Below, in pieces: positions 58,922 to 64,000 of a stretch of DNA of 64,000 nucleotides. The stretch comes from Eledone cirrhosa. Lineage: Eukaryota. Where the stretch lies: the NCBI GenBank assembly GCA_964016885.1, contig OZ024742.1:127410001-127474000 (forward strand), written 5' to 3'. The position numbers and the translations under genes are program-made. The notes under the pieces are model-generated. The model searched no databases, had not been told where the DNA came from, and was given only the letters and a program-made list of their open reading frames with translations. Position 1 is the stretch's first letter. The number at the start of each line of letters is the position of its first letter.

Positions 58922-59217
58922 CTGTCAAAGAATAATTAAATAGATAAAAAATAAACATCATAAAAAAAAAAGCATTAAAAAAACAATAGATGTGCTTGTA
59001 GAATATGCTATCAATTAATATTGTTTCTTTTCACTTACCAATGCTTTATTTCTAACCCTATATAAATGTCAGCATCAGTTTTATGGGATGTTGAGTTACG
59101 TTATTTTACATCAGGATTTCTTTCTTAATACTAAAATCCCTTCTTTGGGAACTGAAATTAGAGCCTAGTTTAAATTTTACTCATTACCATAGAATGATGT
59201 ACATGCATAAGAGTTTT

Positions 59218-59908
59218 CTTCTTCTTCCCAAACTTATTCCTGAGAGGGTCGTGGGAGCAGAATCCTCAAACACTTCTTCCAGTGGGTCTTGACAGAAGCA
59301 ACCGTCTCCAACTGATCCAAGATAAGCCAAGCTCATGGATGTTATCCCAACATCTTGCTCTGGGTCTCCTATCAGTTCGTTTTGCCTGTAAAATTTGTTC
59401 AGCAATTCTTTCCTGAGACATTCTAACCAATGCCCATAGTATCAATTGTATTCTTTCAGTCATTTCCCAAGATTCATGCCCATAGGTAAGGGTTGGCACG
59501 AATATCAAATGGAACATAGTGATTTTGGCTTTTACACCTACCTCCCTTCTTCTGATTACCAAATGCTGAAGCTGGTGCATTACTGCATCATCTCCTGCAA
59601 TTCTCGCACTTAATTCAGCCTCCTCCCTTCCATTACTCGTGAACACAACCCCGGGATACTTGAACTTCTCTACCTGCTTCAGTGGAACTCCATTCACATG
59701 TAGAGTGCACTGCACAGGCCTCCTTGAGAGCATGAGTGTTTCAGTTATTGCAGCACTAATTTTCATTCCAGCCATGCAGCATTTGGCATCAAACCTATTA
59801 AGTTCAAGTCGTAGATCACCCTCTGCCAAATTAAGTAACACCATATCATCTGCAAATTCCAGGTGACTGATTTTACACCCACCCATTGTGATACCACTTC
59901 CAACCCGT
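59218..59908 (-). mobile_element. RTE-clade LINE fragment (third family)
   Basis: LEFADDMVLL...VEKFKYPG...PTLTYGHESW; (GAA)n tail. Confidence 0.85.
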
Positions 59909-59984
59909 TTAAAGTGATTAAGTTAATCAATTAATTTATTTATTAAATTTATTGTTGGTCAACTTGTGATTGCCATAGGCTTGA

Positions 59985-61925
59985 TATGGTACCAGCTGGC
60001 AAGAGAACCCCTTGTTTCAATCAAGAGGTCAAAGATGCCATCCAAGGAAAGGAGGCCTATAAAGCTTGGCTTAGAAATAAGTCCTCCTTATGGCACTTGT
60101 GGTACAAGCAGGCACAAAGAATCACAGCAGAGACAGTAAAGGCGTCCAAAGCTAAGACAAGAGAGGATTTTGGGGATAAGCTGGAATCTGACTTCAGATC
60201 GGCAGATAAAGTGTTCTGGCAGACCATCTGCTGACTTTGTAATAAGAAGCCCTTGTCCACACCTGCTATCAGGAACACGTCTAGGGTTCTCCTCTTTTCA
60301 GAGAGGTATATCCTCGCAAAGTAAAGAGAATATTTTGCTGATCTCCTAAACCCAATCATAACAGCATTATCTGATGTACACGAGGTGCATCTGGAAGCTG
60401 TGACTAATCTCTCAGAGACTGAGGTCACAAGAGCAGTTAAAGAGCTCAAATGTGGCAAGGCTGCTGGAGAAGAGGAAATCCGTCCCAAGATGTTAAAAGC
60501 CTTAAATAAAGGAGGTATTCTCTGGTTGACTTGTGTGCCAAGTGGCCTGGATCTTTGGAAAGGCACCTAAGCAATGGAAATCGGGAGTGATAATCCCAAT
60601 TTTCAAAAAGAAAGACAAAAGAGATTCTTCCAATTACAGAGGGATCTCCTTGTTAAGCTTCCCTGGTAAAGTCTATGCTAAGTGTCTGGCAAAGAGATGC
60701 AGGGAGATTGTCGAGTCCAAGCTAGCTGATGAACAGTGTGATTTTCGCCCCAGATGCAGCACAACCGACCAAATATTCACACCGTGGCAGGTCTTTGAGA
60801 CATTGTGAATGTATTGCAAAAAGGTATATTCTTGTTTTGTAGACCCCGAAAGGGCATATGACCGTGTTCCTCGGGACATGCTGTGGAAGGTTGTGCAGGA
60901 GAATATAGGATTGATGGTCAGCTTCTTACTGCCATGATGTCTGTATTTGAATGCCCGAGTATTTGTGTTTGAATAAATAGTGCTAAATCAAAACCATTCA
61001 ATGTGGGAGTCAGGCTTTGCCAAGCGTGCATACTGTCACCTCTCCTGCTCATTATTTTCATGAACAGCATTGACATGCCCAGCCGGGTTGGAAGTGATAT
61101 TACGACTGACGGGTGTAAAATCGGTCAGCTGGAATTTGTAGATGACATAGTGTTACTTAACTCGACAGAGTGTGATCTCCAACTTGCACTCGATAGGTGT
61201 GATGCCGAGTGCTGCATGTCTGGAATGAAAATCAGTGCTGCGAAAACTGAGTCACTCATCCTCTCAAAGAAGCCTGCCTAGTGCACTCTACATGTGAATG
61301 GAGTGCCACTGAAGCAGATGGAGAAGTTCAAGTATATCATCATGAGTGATGAAAGGTAGAAGGCTGAATTAAATGCAAGAATTGCAGGAGCTGGTACAAT
61401 AATGCACCAGCTTTAGCATTCACTAAACAGAAAAAGGGTGGTAGGTATAAAAGCCAAACTCACTAACTTCAATTCAGTATTCATGCCAACTCTTACCTAT
61501 GGGCATGAATCTTGAGTAATGACTGAAAGAATACGATTGCGAATACAAGCAGCGAAAATGGGATTCCTCCGAAGGCTCTTTGGAGTAACGTTACTTGATA
61601 GAGTGCGCAGCTCAGAGAACAGAGAATCACTCCAGGTAGAGCCGCTACTTCTCTGAATTGAGAAATCACAGTATGGGTATGTGGTTAGAATGTCTCAGGA
61701 AAGAATCACTGGACATATTTTATGGGCAAAACCAACTGGCAAGAGACCCAGGGGTTGACCCCGAGCAAGATGTTTGGATAACATCCATGAGCTTGGCTGG
61801 TCTCACTTGTAGATCCAGCTGGATCAGTTGGAGATGTTAGCTTCTGACAGTACCCACTGGAAGGAGTATTTGAGGACTCTGCCCCCATGATCCTCTTAGG
61901 AATAAGTGGGCGAAGAACAAGAAGG
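59985..61925 (+). mobile_element. RTE-clade LINE, 5'-truncated, degenerate (third family)
   Basis: GKAAGEEEI, NYRGISLLS, FRPRCSTTDQIF, QACILSPLL, EFVDDIVLL and a (GAA)-type tail; many stops. Confidence 0.88.
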
Positions 61926-61974
61926 ACTTGAGATTGAACAGGAAATACATCTTTATATTTTTAACAAAGTGAAC

Positions 61975-62325
61975 CTGCCAATTGATACCACTTCCAGCCA
62001 GGCTGCGCATGTTCATCCTGTGCATAAAAATAATGAACAGGAGAAGTGACATTATGCACCCTTGGCAGAGTCTGACTCCCACATTGAATAGCTTCAATTT
62101 AGCACCATTTATCTGAACTCAAGTACTTGGGCATTTGTATAGAGACATCAGGGCAGCAAGGAACTGATCATTGATCCCATACTCTTGCAGAACTTCCACA
62201 CCAGGTCCTGAGGAACGCAGTCACATGCCTTTTTGAAGTCTTTAAAAGAATATACCTCTTGGCAATACTCCTATGATTTCTCAAAGACCTGCCACAGTGT
62301 GAATATTTGGTCGGTTGTGGTGCTA
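61975..62325 (-). mobile_element. RTE-clade LINE internal fragment (third family)
   Basis: STTTDQIF...GVRLCQGCIMSLLLF; inverted relative to 60755-61100. Confidence 0.75.
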
Positions 62326-63756
62326 GAGAACGGGTTGCATGTGGTGGGTTGTGATACAGCCACCAGATATGATGGTTAGTTGCGATATAAGTGGGCAGCT
62401 GCCAGACCCTGGACTAACAGCAGTAAACTACTAGGGGAGATTAAGCAATGGGTGACACCTATAGTTCCCAAGAATGACCTGGTGATGTAGTTATGATGAG
62501 GTAAGTAAAGGCCACCTCTAAAAAAGCCTAGTCATTGCGGTTTTGAGAAAGTTCCAGATTGGTAACTAGTGAGAGGAACAAAAAAAGAACTATACCGCAT
62601 TGTCCTTTGCATGGGCTAACAAGGGACATGTTCAGGCTTTAGGTAGAGGGGCCTGTTTAAAAAATATATTGCAGTCTCCATTTCATGTCACAAAAACTGG
62701 TGATGGGCCTGCTACATTTCCTGGGAGGTGGGATGTACAAAGATTACATAACCCGAAAACCAAAAGAATGTTCAGAAGGGAGCAAACCTTCATACATAAG
62801 GGTACAAAACAAAATTTGTAATCATAGCTATAATGAAAATCGGGGGATAGGAAGGTGTCCATTTTCTTGGGAAGAAAGTCATAAGGGGATATTCCACAAA
62901 CATGTGTACTTAGACTTAGAAGCTCCTGCATTTTGAGACGCATGAGGCAGCCAAAGTGCTCCAATAGCAGCTATCAATACATCATTCCAACTTTTGTTGA
63001 TGGTTTCAAGTCTCTGTCAACTGTCTGTCACTAGTTCATCTTGGGATGACCTCTTCGCCTCTTTCCATGAGGGTACCAATACCCTTAATATAATTATCTA
63101 GTTGAATATTTAATGTGGTTGGACCCTATAATTACAGGTACAATCCATCTGACTGTTTTCCAAAGCGTTCAAATCTACCCAATTTCACTCAGAGGATTTA
63201 GGTCAACCTGAGGCCATAGTAATGACACTTGCTCAAGATGTCACTTTATAGGAAACCTCACAGAACCTCACAATTGTGAAGCAAACTTTTCAACGACCCA
63301 GCCATATCTCCATTCACTAATTGGCATTAACAGCAGAAGGGAAGTGAAATAGCTACAACAGTGAATCAAAACTGAGGTGAAGGCACATGGTTTAATGGTT
63401 AGGGTGTTTGGCTTATGATTATAAGGTTGTGGGTTCAATTCCTGGACAGGGTGGTGCACTGTGTTCTTGAGCAAGACACTTCAATTCATGTTACTTTTCA
63501 TGATATGACTGGGGCTCCTATCATTAAAACACTTGCAAAGCCTCATGTGAGATGCAGCCTTATAGAAGGCCAGCTAAACCAACATAGGTGTGAGCAGTAA
63601 CTTCTTATAAAACTAAGGAGGAGGCTCAGTCTATTGGTAGTTTATCTCATACTATCGCTATGTAAATGTAATAAGATATGAAACCATTTTTTTTTTTATT
63701 GGTTAGTCAGGAGGAAGGAGGGAGTCAACAGAGTGGACTCTACTAAAGGCACCTGA

Positions 63757-63888
63757 GAGCTATGTGGTGGTGCTAAACCCAGGAGCTAAGTGTTGGTGCT
63801 ACAGGAGCTATGTGGTGGTACTAAACCCAGGAGCTATGTGGTGGTGCTAAACCCAGGAGCTATGTGGTGGTGCTAAACCCAGGAGCTA
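63757..63888. repeat. 26-bp minisatellite, ~5 copies
   Basis: Unit GAGCTATGTGGTGGTGCTAAACCCAG. Confidence 0.85.
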
Positions 63889-64000
63889 TTAAATTTACCA
63901 CCCCAGTAGACTGAAGCAGGATTTGAACTCAGAACACAAAGAGATGGACTAAATACCGCAAAGCATCCTATCCAATGCTCTAACACTTCACCTTTTATTT

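Noticed and set aside
58922-64000. Upstream CCDC34 exon(s)
   Set aside because: No convincing minus-strand exon ending in phase 2 was found; probably beyond the window.

Overview
AT-rich, repeat-dense eukaryotic (animal) DNA. The SINE, RTE and MITE families and the (TA)n/(CAT)n microsatellites look like an octopod cephalopod genome; this is inferred from my recall of repeat families, not from a search. Three protein-coding genes can be reconstructed by hand. (1) An intronless phospholipid scramblase (PLSCR family), minus strand, 4676-5734. (2) The last two coding exons of CCDC34, minus strand, 58371-58921 and 18256-18365, separated by a ~40 kb intron. (3) Nested antisense inside that intron, an 8-coding-exon plus-strand gene (29051-49127, 388 aa) with a DYDC-type Dpy-30 domain, a coiled coil and ankyrin repeats, preceded by an RFX X-box-like motif. 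The rest is mostly decayed mobile DNA: a near full-length Tx1/L1-type LINE sitting in a (TTA)n tract, a DD37D (maT) transposon, a deleted Merlin element nested with SINEs, RTE, CR1 and CRE fragments, hAT/piggyBac/Tc1-mariner MITEs, Helitron-like elements, fold-back hairpins and minisatellites. I see no clear-cut wholly new system. The best leads are the nested pair of likely flagellar genes, the Dpy-30+ankyrin architecture, a PHD finger embedded inside an RTE reverse transcriptase, and possible (TTA)n targeting by the Tx1 element. Gene and TIR/TSD coordinates were read base by base; boundaries of decayed repeats are approximate.
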